A stretch of 64,000 nucleotides of DNA, from assembly GCA_951406725.2 (NCBI GenBank), contig OX597827.1, forward strand, positions 56,792,001 to 56,856,000. The letters are read 5' to 3'. The translations under genes and the position numbers were made by a program. Below, in pieces: positions 1-11,240 of this stretch. The notes under the pieces are model-generated. The model searched no databases. It had not been told where the DNA came from and was given only the letters and a program-made list of their open reading frames with translations. The first letter of the stretch is position 1, and each line of letters begins with the position of its first letter. Source of the stretch: Octopus vulgaris (lineage: Eukaryota).

Positions 1-251
1 TTCCACACAGTGGAACTGAACCCAGAACCATGTGGTTGGGAAGCAAGCTTCTTACCACACAGCCATGCCTGCACCTATCAATTTACTTTTGAATGATATT
101 GGAAATTCTTTGGTTTCCTTGTATGAACTTTAGTTATTCACTGTTGTAGGATATTGAATATGATAATAGATCTTGTAGTTCTAATCTTACTTGGTTTTAA
201 AAATCTATGATTTTAATCAAATGAGAATTTCTTTAAAATTATTATTTTCAG

Positions 252-348
252 GTTTGCTTGAGGCATTACAGAATAACAATGCTTTGTTAAATTCTATACA
301 GAAATGTCTTGAAACATATCTGGAAGTGAAACGGTTGAGTTTCCCAAG
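252..348 (+). CDS. DNAH6: Dynein heavy chain exon (GLLEALQNN...KRLSFPR)
   Basis: ttttcag acceptor, gttacg donor at 349; split Arg codon (ag|a) matches the next exon. Confidence 0.9.
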
Positions 349-1469
349 GTTACGTAGAAAAAATATTTTTTCAATTTAAAAATTTTTTTAAACGTTTATG
401 TTTTACTTGTTTCAGTCATTGGACTGCGACCATGCTGGAGCACCACCTTGAACTAAGAGAGTGGCACAATCCAAAATGATCTTAGTATAGGCAGTGTGTT
501 AGTCTCAAGCATATATATATATGGCTTGTGTAGATAACTAAACAAATAATACATGATCAACAAAGTTTATTAATCATTGTGTTATACACTTTGACCTATA
601 TCAAAATTCAATGAAAAATCTGATAAGATGATCACCTCTACACACCTTGAAGGTTTAGCAAAACTAATTGCTAACTATGCAAATAGAAATCATTGGATGT
701 AGGGAATGAAGCAGGTAAATACATACTACATATGTTTCTATGGAAAGCTGACTGGAAGTTATGTAACTTTAAGTTATTATATACATGCTCACTTCCCCTT
801 TCTTCAAGTACTCTTTACTTTTTGTTTATGGAGTTTACTGTTGAAAGGAGGCAAGTTCAATACGATAAGAAGAAATTACAACTCTAGCAATAGTGGAGAG
901 GTGGGTGGCAGTAAGGCTTGATTAAGCAACCAATGAAATTCTTTATCAGCAAGCACAGTACATTTGGGATGAAAGGGATGTGGTCTAAGGAGGTCAGTTC
1001 TTAAACAAAAAAATGTGGTTAGTTGGGGAAAAAAAGGAAGAAAACAAAGAGGATAAATGTTATCAACATAAGGTAATAAAGATGGAGCTAAGACACAAGA
1101 GCAGAAAGAATGAAAGTGAAAAATAAAATAAAAGATTTACAATTAAGTCTCATTAACAAGATAAAAGAACTTGTAAAGTCCTAGGTGCAGATACTGCAAA
1201 AAAAAAAAAAAATAAATGAAGCTAAATTTATACAAGTACTCAAATATATATTGAAATTATGTCTAGATAGATAACAAAATACAGAATGTACACATACATA
1301 CATTCAGACATATATATACATACATGTATTGTCATACAAATATGTGCATAAAGAAGCATATACACATACAAACATTAACATGCATATACACATGTAATAT
1401 GTAAAATATAAAGTTATATAACTTATGGTTGGCTTTCCTTTGAAACATATGTAGTACATATTTGCCTCC

Positions 1470-1947
1470 TCCATTTTCAACTCTCTCACAGGATATACTA
1501 ATAGCATTGGCTATTAGTATATCCTGTGAGATCACTGGGTAGTGAACATGATCAATGTTTTCTTTGTTGGTGTCAGTTGCAGGACATCCAAACATTGGCC
1601 ATCTTCAAGATTCTCCCTTTCTTTCCTAAATTTATGTCCTCTTTTTCATTGTTAATAAAGCTGAAGTATTATCCCCTAATGTAGCAACTATGTCAGCATA
1701 AATGCCCTTGAGGGTTAAACCCAACTTCTCCAGATAGTTGATAGCACCACAATGCCAAATTTTGTCCATTTTCAAGAGAAGTCACTACTAGTTACTTTTG
1801 AAGTCTTCTTTGAACAATTAGATGTCAGTTAACCTGAAAAGAAACACTACAGTTATTAATAACAAAGGCTGAAATTAATACATGTAAGATTTCACACATC
1901 TAGCATCATTCCTTAATAGTCAGCCTATGAACTTTTCAGCCCACCTG
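1470..1947 (-). mobile_element. Degenerate mariner element, 5' part (transposase N-terminus relic)
   Basis: Minus strand from ATG at 1769 reads MDKIWHCGAINYLEKLGLT...LGDNTSAL, then with frameshifts ..LED..G.PAT..KENIDHVH..IANAISIS.ERVEN, a mariner HTH region; TIR-like end near 1930-1947. Confidence 0.65.
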
Positions 1948-1954
1948 CAAAATA

Positions 1955-2520
1955 TTGGGTTGTCTGGAAAGTTTGTGCCAATTTATAGTAGCTTACCTTT
2001 CGACTTATTTTAGAACATGGTTGAGTCCATAAAATAGAATTTGACTACACCTTCATTTAAAGCACAGTTTAAGCTATCTTTTTGTGGAAGAAGGTTTATG
2101 TTCCTATAACCTGTGTTAATTCTGTAACCCTTTAAAATGGAAGATAAGAAAGTTCATTTTCGGCACTTGATGCTTTGGGAACCAGACAAAAATTGCTGCA
2201 GCTCAGTTGGGATGTGTTACCCAACTCTACATATTCACCAGATATTGCTCCTTCAGATTTCCACTTATTCAGGTCTCTGCAGAATAGTCTTAATGGTAAA
2301 AATTTCAATTCCTTGGATGACGTAAAAAGATACCTTGATGAATTCTTTGCCATGAAAGCACTTCAATTCTGGGAAGAGGGTACTTTCTAGTAAAAGGAAA
2401 GATGGAGATGCATTGTGCAACAAAATGGTTCATATTTGGTTGATGAAAAATGTAAGGGCAAGTATTTATTGACCTTTGTCTTTGCTTTGAAAATTGGCAC
2501 AAACTTTCAGGACAACCCAA
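1955..2520 (+). mobile_element. Internally deleted mariner transposon
   Basis: ~30-bp TIRs (TTGGGTTGTC..GAAAGTTTGTGCCAATTT), TA on both sides (1953-54, 2521-22), N-terminal MEDKKVHFRHLMLWE joined to C-terminal YSPDIAPSDFHLF. Confidence 0.92.
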
Positions 2521-2665
2521 TATTTCCATTGTGAAATATAAAATGACTATTTCTGTTTTTCTAGAAGTGTTACATTTAATTAGAATTTTTAATACATATT
2601 CTTTTTATTTTTATATCTATAACTTAAAATGTCTTTTCTTTCTTTTTTTTTTGTTACCATTCCAG

Positions 2666-2805
2666 ATTTTATTTCCTTTCTAATGATGAGTTATTGGAAA
2701 TTCTTGCTCAAACACGGAATCCTCTTGCTGTTCAGCCACATATGAAAAAATGCTTTGATGCCATAAATTTACTGGATTTTGGAGAAAAAGACAAGGATTT
2801 AGAAG
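2666..2805 (+). CDS. DNAH6: Dynein heavy chain exon ([19 protein letters not shown]...DKDLE)
   Basis: ttccag acceptor. The donor gtcaat at 2806 is weak but is forced by an in-frame stop just downstream and by phase with the next exon. Confidence 0.85.
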
Positions 2806-2973
2806 GTCAATAGAATCTTTGTGTGTTTGGAATTTTGATACCTTTAAATTAGTGGTGGGTGGTAAGGGTATAGGCAAGTATTAAAAATTGTGGGATTAGA
2901 TGAAGTGATAACTACAGAATACAAAGTATATTGAAAAGGAAGAAAAATTATTTTGTTTTTCTTTGCTTCACAG

Positions 2974-3053
2974 ATATCCAAGCACATGCTGAAACTATGA
3001 AGACAATCTATGCTATGATATCACCTGAAGGTGAAATTGTCAGTCTTGGTAGG
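2974..3053 (+). CDS. DNAH6: Dynein heavy chain exon (DIQAHAE...SPEGEIVSLGR)
   Basis: cacag acceptor, gtaagt donor, conserved SPEGE motif. Confidence 0.9.
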
Positions 3054-4436
3054 GTAAGTGATATCTGCTCTGAATTTTATGTACATCTTACAGCTTTCTC
3101 TTCCTCTGCTTTCCCCCTCTCTTTTGCTGTGTGTCTCTCTCCCCATGTCTCTCTCTCTCCCTACGCCATGCGCCTTCACAACTATGAAGATTAAATCTTG
3201 TTAAAGACATCTGATTTATAGTCACTATTACTGGAAAAGCCAATGTTGTTTTTTACATTTCCATTTCCCATTCTTGTGAGAACCTTGAACCAACATTCTA
3301 AAACATTTATTAAATGTGTAGTGACGCCTGGTTTCCGACGCCATTTTGGGATTTTCATCCTCGCATGTATAGGGATTAGAGTTTTCTGGAAGGCCTGCCA
3401 GAAGCTCCTTATGTGCATGTGCAGTCATCAGCAGCAGCTTGACCGCTATTCTCACTCTTCACCCATTGCTGCCAATAGAGCCAGACACAACTAGACCAGC
3501 TCCGTGTGAAGGTGATCCACGACTTAGGCGAATCTGTGAAGAATGCCTTCACAATTGTGATTGAACCGACCCTACTGCTTCTACCCCCAAGGTGTCCAGG
3601 CTACCGATGTCCAGAGATGAAATGCTTATTTTGACGAAATAAATTATTATTGTTATTTGTTCAGAGATTCTTGTTCCCGCTATTTTCCTTTCTACGACTA
3701 TGTAAGGAATTGTGAGGCACCCATCAAGTGCCAACCTCACTTCCTACAAATGCTTCCAGTATTTGGAAATCCTTGTACACTAATACCACCTTTAATCTTT
3801 ATGTCTTTGTTTCTGTGCAAAGGTCACTTCAGAGAGGTCACTACAATAGCAAAATATACTTTTATCCAGTGCGCTGCCTGCAATCTCTTCTAGAAGTCTC
3901 ATGATTTTAAATATTATTATAACTGTATGAAGTAGACTTTATTCTGTTACTTGTTACTTATTCTGTTACTGTGGCCATGTTGGAGCACTGCCTTTCTTTA
4001 TCTAACCAAATAATATTTCAACTATTTGCAGCTGTTGTTTACTGGTCTAAATATTCCATTTTCCCCTCACTAGTGTCATGTTTTCATAACTGAGATGATG
4101 AAATTTCTTTACTCATAATATTCTTGGCATTCTTAGTCTACAACCTGGTTTGAATATTCTAGAAATATTTCACTTAATTTATAATGTTCTTGAGAAAATA
4201 TAATCTTTACAATCTTTTAGTTTCTTTCTCTTATAAAGACATAGCCTCTTGCTTATATCAGAAAATCATTACTTTTCTACATGTGTTAGGTATGCGGTGT
4301 GGTGTTCATTTAGTCATATGAAGTTTGTAACCTGATATAGATTCCTGGTTTGCATTAATTTGGTTATTGTTGTTGGAAAATGTATTTACATCATACATTT
4401 CTATATCCATTCAAATTATATATATCTATGTTATCA

Positions 4437-4830
4437 AGAGTGGTTGTGTGGTAAGTAGCTTGCTTACCAGCCACATGGTTTCAGGTTCAGTCCCACTGCA
4501 TGGCACCTTGGGCAAGTGTCTTCTACTATAGCTTCGGGCTGATCAAAGCCTTGTGAATGGATTTGGTAGACGGAAACTGAAAGAAACCCGTCGTATATAT
4601 GTATAAGTATATATATATGTATGTGTGTGTTTGTATGTCTGTGTTTGTCCCCCCAACATTGCTTGACAACCGATGTTAGTGTGTTACGTCCCCATAACTT
4701 AGCAGTTCGGTAAAAGAGACCAATAGAATAAGTACTAGGCTTACAAAGAATAAGTCCTGGGGTCGATTTGCTCAACTAAAGGTGATGCTCCAGCATGGCC
4801 ACAGTCAAATGACTGAAACAAGAAAGAGAG
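4437..4830 (+). mobile_element. tRNA-derived SINE, family A
   Basis: A/B-box-like head (TGG.TGTGTGG..GGTTCAGTCCC), CCTTGGGCAAGT block, internal microsatellite, tail ..GACTGAAACAAG; many similar copies in the window. Confidence 0.85.
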
Positions 4831-5165
4831 AGAGAAAATATTATTATTATAATATTAGTTTCACATTTTGGCACAAGGCCTATGTATATACTCCAAATGC
4901 ACCAGTGCTTGTCATTCAAGAATTTATTTACATGAAGAACTAGCATCATCATCATCAACACCACCTATCACATGTATTTCTAAGTTTAAAACATTCAGGA
5001 ATTGGTCAATAAAAAAAACAAAAATACTTCTGTTCATGTAGTCACACATGAAGGACATTGTTAGGTAGCATTTCCTCCAACAAAATATCTTTTTTTATTT
5101 TCTGTTCTTATGATGACTCTGGTAAGAAAATAATAAAATGTCATTTATAAACTGTTTGGTGTTAG

Positions 5166-5312
5166 GACTTGAAGACACGTGGAAACGTTGAAGATTGGCT
5201 TGGTAAAGTTGAAGAAGCAATGTTTGCTAGCATACGACAATTGGTTAAACGAGCTGTCTTGGATCATGATGAAACAGAATACAAAACGTGGCTATTTTCC
5301 TTCCCAAATCAG
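5166..5312 (+). CDS. DNAH6: Dynein heavy chain exon (DLKTRGNVEDWL...FPNQ)
   Basis: ttag acceptor, gtaaag donor, 147 nt, GNVEDWL motif. Confidence 0.9.
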
Positions 5313-5520
5313 GTAAAGAAATCATTATTATATTGCATTTATGCCTTGATATATATATATATATATATATATATGAGGGGTTGCACCAGACTCTAGTCTG
5401 ATTTGGCATGGTTTCTACAGCTGGATGGCTTTCCCGATGTCATAATATAATATAATATGATACAATATAGCATAATATGATATACTATAACATAATATAT
5501 GTCACGTAAAAAGAATAAAA

Positions 5521-5600
<80 letters not shown>

Positions 5601-5778
5601 ATGAATATATAGGATGAAGGAGTAAAGAAAAGGAAAAAAACATGACAGGAACAAGTTTTAAAAGGGTTGAAAGGAAAGAAAAGGAGCAAGTGTTGGAAAG
5701 AAGAAAAAGAAGTGCCCTCCAAAAATGTTTAAAGTTGTTTAGAGGCCAGCTGGGAAAGTGGTTTTATGTAGATGAGGT

Positions 5779-5825
<47 letters not shown>

Positions 5826-5994
5826 CAAGAAAAAAGCTTTTTTCTTGTTTATAATCACCCCACATTATTTTATGGTTAATACCATATAGATTTCTGGTGC
5901 ATCTAAGTTAAGTACCGCATTCATGTGAATTCAATAGAACTCACTTGAATCTTAATTGCTTTTACTATATATATATATATATAACATATATATA

Positions 5995-6275
5995 ACGTAT
6001 AACGATGGGACACGTGTTTGTCTTGGAGTTATAAGTTAGTTATTAAGGCCGGTTACCGATGATAATTCACCTGGCAGATAATCTTTTTTGCTAAAGAAAT
6101 CTGAAACCATGGTATAACCGCAAAAAAATAACAAGGTAAAAGTTTTTTATTTTTCATCTCCTTTGAAAATTGCTATTAAATCGTGGTTTTGGTTGATTTA
6201 GTTGCTGCTTCTTGCATGTAAAAATTACCAGTTAAAGGGTAGTTTTCTCTTGTGTTTAAATGTACACTATTTTGA

Positions 6276-6280
<5 letters not shown>
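5995..6280 (+). mobile_element. Short (TA)n-embedded insertion, probable solo Penelope-like terminal repeat
   Basis: Flanked by (TA)n on both sides and contains a hammerhead-like motif. Confidence 0.55.
6050..6120 (+). ncRNA. Type I hammerhead ribozyme-like motif (variant core CCGAUGA)
   Basis: Stem I CGGTTA/TAACCG; core CCGATGA; imperfect long stem II with inner TGGCAGA/TTTGCTA; TGAAAC; self-complementary ACCATGGT stem III; GUA cleavage triplet. Confidence 0.65.
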
Positions 6281-6322
<42 letters not shown>

Positions 6323-6573
6323 TTGTTATTTTATGGAACCCCTCTTATATTGGGTGTATCCAGAAATCACAGCTATGATGTTAAATAACTCAACTGGTAA
6401 TTGAACCTGTGTCACACTCTTGGCTGATTGGAACTTACTACTATTCTATCAGTCTCCTCTGAATGTGTTTGCAATTAAATTGTAACTTTTTCAGAAAGTA
6501 AATGAAAACAGTTACCCTGTATGTAAACACTAAGAACTTTCCCACCTTTTTCTCTCAATTGCTAAACAATTAA

Positions 6574-6795
6574 CCCTTTTGCTACTGTATTCATTTTGAG
6601 ATGCTCTGTGTTTCTTTCAATTACTTTAAATATAACAAAGAATTTAGTAAAATAACTTAGTTATCATTCAGCTAGTATTAGGAACACAAATTGTGACTAG
6701 GGTTAGGTAGAAGATTTTAATTCAAAACTTATGGAAACAAGATATTTGTACTCAGAGAGAGAGAGCCAGCTTCAGCCGGGTTGGTAATGAAAGGG
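6574..6795. mobile_element. piggyBac-type MITE
   Basis: TTAA|CCCTTT...AAAGGG|TTAA; related inverted copy at 56720-56940. Confidence 0.8.
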
Positions 6796-7200
6796 TTAAT
6801 GGTCTTGAAGAAAAAGAAAAGAAAAACACATTCCATAAGAAATGTTTCACCTCATTAGAATGTTTAATTTATATATCTCAGGTTATGTCATACTGATGAA
6901 AATCTAAAAAAAAATTAAATGGTATTATATATGATTATTTAAAACTAGAAATTTTAAGCCCTTTGTAATAAAGCAAGCAAAAAAGAATTAAATATATGTA
7001 TTCAGTGTATCTTTTCTCTTATTCCCTAATTTCAAAATTAAACTTCTAATCCTGCCAAATATTATGAAGAAATGATTATCTCCCTTGTACTAATAGCGGG
7101 ACTCTATGTGAATAAAAAAAAATGTGAACAATATTTTTGTTACAAAAGTTGAATCTTCCCCTTTCAATTGTTAAGATCTCTTGTTGATCTTTCTCTGAAG

Positions 7201-7311
7201 GTGATACTTACAGTGTCTATGGTGATGTGGTGTCGAGATGCACATCTTTGTTTGGAAAGTGAAGATAACTGTCTTGAGATGATGGGAATATTTGAACAAA
7301 AGTGCTTCAAT
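7201..7311 (+). CDS. DNAH6: Dynein heavy chain exon (VILTVSMVMWC...KCFN)
   Basis: ctgaag acceptor, gtgagt donor, 111 nt. Confidence 0.9.
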
Positions 7312-8246
7312 GTGAGTAAGAATAAACATTTTGTTTTCTTCTTTCTTACTTTTGAGCTGAATGTCCCTTTTCTTTCATCAGCTGGTGTTTTACAAATGCT
7401 CCCCTCTCCATGTTTTACAGTAAAAAAAGGCACACAGCAAATTATTTTAATCAACAAAAGCTACAATAGTTTCTTCTCTTTTTAGATATTTACTTGGGAG
7501 CTTACAATACCTCACAAGATGGTGCCACTGTCCAGGTTCAAATCCACTACTTTGCACTAGATTCTTTGTTCTTGTTAATGCTTTTTTAATGTCAGATAGC
7601 AAATATTTAGCTGTTTAATATTTAAACCAGCCATATCCAGCCAAAACATTCTACTTGTATTATGTTCACGCTGTCCAGATCCAGACTCGCACACCAACCC
7701 TACAATATCATTCTAAGAGTCAATAGTGACCACATCAAAATCTGAAGCTACAGTATAAATATAAATAAATGCGCCTTAGCCAGGCTCATGGCCCAGTTTC
7801 CCAGTTTCTATGGTGTATGTGTTCCCCAGCTGGACGGGATGCCAGTCCATCACAGCATTACTCATTTTTGCCAGCTGAGTGGACTGGAGCAACGTGAAAT
7901 GAAGTGTTTTGCTCAAGAACACAACATGTCGCCCAGTCCAGGAATCAAAACCACAATCTTACGATCATGATGTTGACACCCTAACCACAAAGCCATGCAC
8001 CTCCACTCAAGCTACAGTATAATGCATGATTAATTCAAAACAAAGTGGATAAATAAGTATTACTTTTGACAGAATAGTGTGAATGCAGGAGTTAAGCAGC
8101 TCCTTTAACTTTCACTTCATAATTTTTTTCCCTTCTTTGGGCATCTCCCTAATAACATGAACTGTGAACATCCTTTGGTCTTTCTTTTGTCCTTTTTGTA
8201 TTTGATTTTTGTCTTTTGATATTCATTTGCAGCTTTGATTATAACA

Positions 8247-8645
8247 CTCTTTTACTTGTTTCAGTCATTTGACTGTGGCCATGTTGGAGCACCACCTTTA
8301 TTCGAGCAAATCGACCCCAGGACTTATTCTTTGTAAGCCTAGTACTTATTCTATCAGTCTCTTTTGCTGAACTGCCAAGTTACGGGGACATAAACACACC
8401 AGCATCGGTTGTCAAGCGATGTTGTGGGGGACAAACACAGACAAACACACACACACTCACACACACACGCATATACAATGGGCTTCTTTCAGTTTTCGTC
8501 TACCAAATCCACACACAAGGCTTTGGTTAACCCGAGGCTATAGTAGAAGACACTTGCCCAAGGTGCTACACAGTGGGAATGAATGAACCTGGAACCATGT
8601 GGTTGGCAAGCAAGCTACTTACCACACAGACACCCCTGCGCCTAT
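8247..8645 (-). mobile_element. tRNA-derived SINE, family A
   Basis: Reverse complement of the family A sequence. Confidence 0.85.
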
Positions 8646-9041
8646 ATATGTATATATATATGCATATATATATATATATATGCACACAAATAGAGACAAA
8701 TATATGTCTGCATATGTGTACCTGTGTGTGTGTTACTGTCTCCTTGCCTTGACATTGCGTGATAGTGGTAAACAAGTGTCACCATCATACAAGTGGTGTC
8801 ATTTGTTCCCAGTCTTTCATGAAAAGCATATTTAGTCATGGGAAAATATTACCTTGCTTGAAAACAGATGAGGCCTGGCAAAAGGAAGGCCATCCAGCTG
8901 TAGAGAACCTGCCCCAACAACTTCTGTCTGATCCATCCAAACATGGAAAAGTGGATCTTAAATGGCAATGATGATAATTCCATAACAGTATAGATGTTTC
9001 CATAACAGTGTAGAAAATTTTTGAAAATTATCCCCCATACT

Positions 9042-9458
9042 AGGCATAGGAGTGGCTGTGTGGTAAGTAGCTTGCTTACCAACCACATGGTTCCAGGTTC
9101 AGTCCCACTGCGTGGCACCTTGGGCAAGTGTCTTCTACTATAGCCTCGGGCCGACCAAAGCCTTGTGAGTGGATTTGGTAGATGGAAACTGAAAGAAGCC
9201 TGTCATATATATATGTATATATATATATGTACGTGTGTGTATGTATGTGTATGTTTGTGTGTCTGTGTTTGTCCACCCAACGTTGCTTGACAACCAATGC
9301 TGGTGTGTTTACGTCCCCGTAACTTAGCGGTTCGGTAAAAGAGACCGATAGAATAAGTACTAGGGCTTACAAAGAATAAGTCCTGGGGTCGATTTGCTCG
9401 ACTAAAGGCGGTGCTCATGCATGGTCACAGTCAAATGGCTGAAACAAGTAAAAGAGTA
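9042..9458 (+). mobile_element. tRNA-derived SINE, family A
   Basis: Full-length copy from GGCATAGGAGTGGCTG to CAAGTAAAAGAGT. Confidence 0.88.
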
Positions 9459-9573
9459 TGCTAGTATAGAAAAACAGTGTTACACAGAGAAAAGAAATAA
9501 TATTTGCAAATTTATATAAAAACTACATGTAATGATTTTATAGTTGATTTTCTTTTAAACATTACTTTTCCAG

Positions 9574-9699
9574 GATTTGAACCAGCTTGCTGCTCTTGTG
9601 AGTGGGAAACTATCAAAACTGAACAGGGCTACAGTGTGTGCTCTAATTACCACAAAAGTTAATGCTCGGGATATTATCTCTGAATTAGTTAAGAAACAG
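9574..9699 (+). CDS. DNAH6: Dynein heavy chain exon (DLNQLAALV...VNARDIISELVKKQ)
   Basis: ttccag acceptor, gtttgt donor, 126 nt. Confidence 0.88.
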
Positions 9700-9971
9700 G
9701 TTTGTGAATTCATTGATTAAAATAAATGTTAACAGTATCCTAATTGTATTCATGCTTGTTGTTAGCCTCCTCCTCCTCCTCCTTGCACACTCTGTGACCT
9801 TATCATCGTTATTATCATCATTGTTGCAGTCCTTATCTTTGTTGATGGTTTAGAATGGATATACAGTAAACTCCCTGTCAGGCAATATTTAAATAAGTGG
9901 AACTTTCCTGGAAAAAAAAATATTACAGGAAAGTGTATTTGGATTGTTGCTTCTCAAAGTACAGTACAACA

Positions 9972-10295
9972 AAGGCGCATGGCTTAGTGGTTAGGGCATT
10001 CAGCTCATGATTGTAAGGTCGTGAGTTCAATTCTCAGTGACACATTGTGTCCTTGAGCAAGACACTTCATTTTCATGTTGCTCCAGTCCACTCATCTGGC
10101 AAAAATGAGTTGTACCTGTATTTCAAAGGGCCAGCCTTGTCATAATCTGTGTCATGCTGAATCTCCCTGAGAACTATGTTAAGGGTACATGTGTCTGTGG
10201 AATGCTCAGCCACTTGCACATTAATTTCATGAGCAGGCTATTATGTTGACCATATCAGCTGGGACCCTCGTTGTCATAACTGACAGAGTGCTCCG
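9972..10295 (+). mobile_element. tRNA-derived SINE, family B (related copies ~36752-36960, 43153-43475, 43515-43760, 45511-45842, 53691-54270, 56369-56690)
   Basis: Head AAGGCGCATGGCTTAGTGGTTAG..GAGTTCAATT, followed by TGTGTCCTTGAGCAAGACACTT block. Confidence 0.8.
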
Positions 10296-10324
10296 TTACA
10301 GTACAGTATTGTATTTTACTGTAT

Positions 10325-10620
10325 TTAATAATAATAATAATGAAATTATTGTATACAGTGCTCAGGTGTACCACAACTTGTCAGAAAGTGCGTATAAAGC
10401 ATATGAAGTAATGTACAAATGTCTGGAAAGTGAACAGTGTATGAGTCAGATACCTGCTTGCATGTATATGGAGGGGAGAAAATGAGATATAGTGTTGGCG
10501 AATCTCAGAAAGCATGGAAGTTTTGAAGGATACAGTGCTCCGACAACTAACAACTGATGCCGGCAGTTTGTTCCATGCTTCAGCAACTCTCAGGGTGAAA
10601 AAATGTTTCCGAAAGTCACT
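10325..10620 (-). mobile_element. LINE 3' fragment (CR1/L2-type ORF2 end and 3' UTR)
   Basis: DFRKHFFTLRVAEAWNKLPASVV..FKTSML; (ATT)n tail; homologous to 40529-41097. Confidence 0.8.
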
Positions 10621-10846
10621 GAAGAACGACCTCAGGATGCTGAATTTTTCAGGCCAGATCACAAAGTACTGAGATGCTTAGCGTGACCCCCACCCAGAAG
10701 TGTTAAGACTGGTCTTTCTCATGGTGTAAATACCTGTATTTTATTAGTTAAATAAAACTCGTTCTTTACTTAAATTGTATTTTCATTTCTTCCTATTTCA
10801 ATAAATTCTAGAATATTCAGAATAGTAATAATAATATTGATTTATA

Positions 10847-10889
<43 letters not shown>

Positions 10890-10890
<1 letters not shown>

Positions 10891-11240
10891 TCATCATCAT
10901 CATCGTTTAGCGTCCGTTTTCCATGCTAGCATGGGTTGGACGGTTCAACTGGGGTCTGTGAAGCCAGAAGGCTTCATCAGGCCCAGTCAAATCTGACAGT
11001 GTTTCTACGGCTGGATGCCCTTCCTAACGCCAACCACTCCGTGAGTGTAGTGGGTGCTTTTTACGTGCCACCTGCACAGGTGCCAGACAGAGCTGGCAAA
11101 CGGCCACGAACGGATGGTGCTTTTTATGTGCCACCGGCATGAGGGCCAGGCAAGGCTGGCAACGGACACGAACGGATGGTGCTTTTTACGTGCCACCGGC
11201 ATGAGGCCAGTCGGGGCGGCGCTGGCTGGCCTCGTGCTGG
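10890..11240 (-). mobile_element. Non-LTR retroelement 3' end with (GAT)n tail (related ~11925-12120+, 14415-14630-, 24865-25012+, 42510-42860+)
   Basis: Shared GGTTGGC(A/G)TTAGGAAGGGCATCCAGC..CAACCCATGC.AGCATGGA..(GAT)n; internal ~65-bp tandem units at 11053-11205. Confidence 0.7.

Noticed and set aside
9042-9120. tRNA-like sequences at SINE heads
   Set aside because: They are heads of multi-copy SINEs without a complete cloverleaf; not called as tRNA genes.
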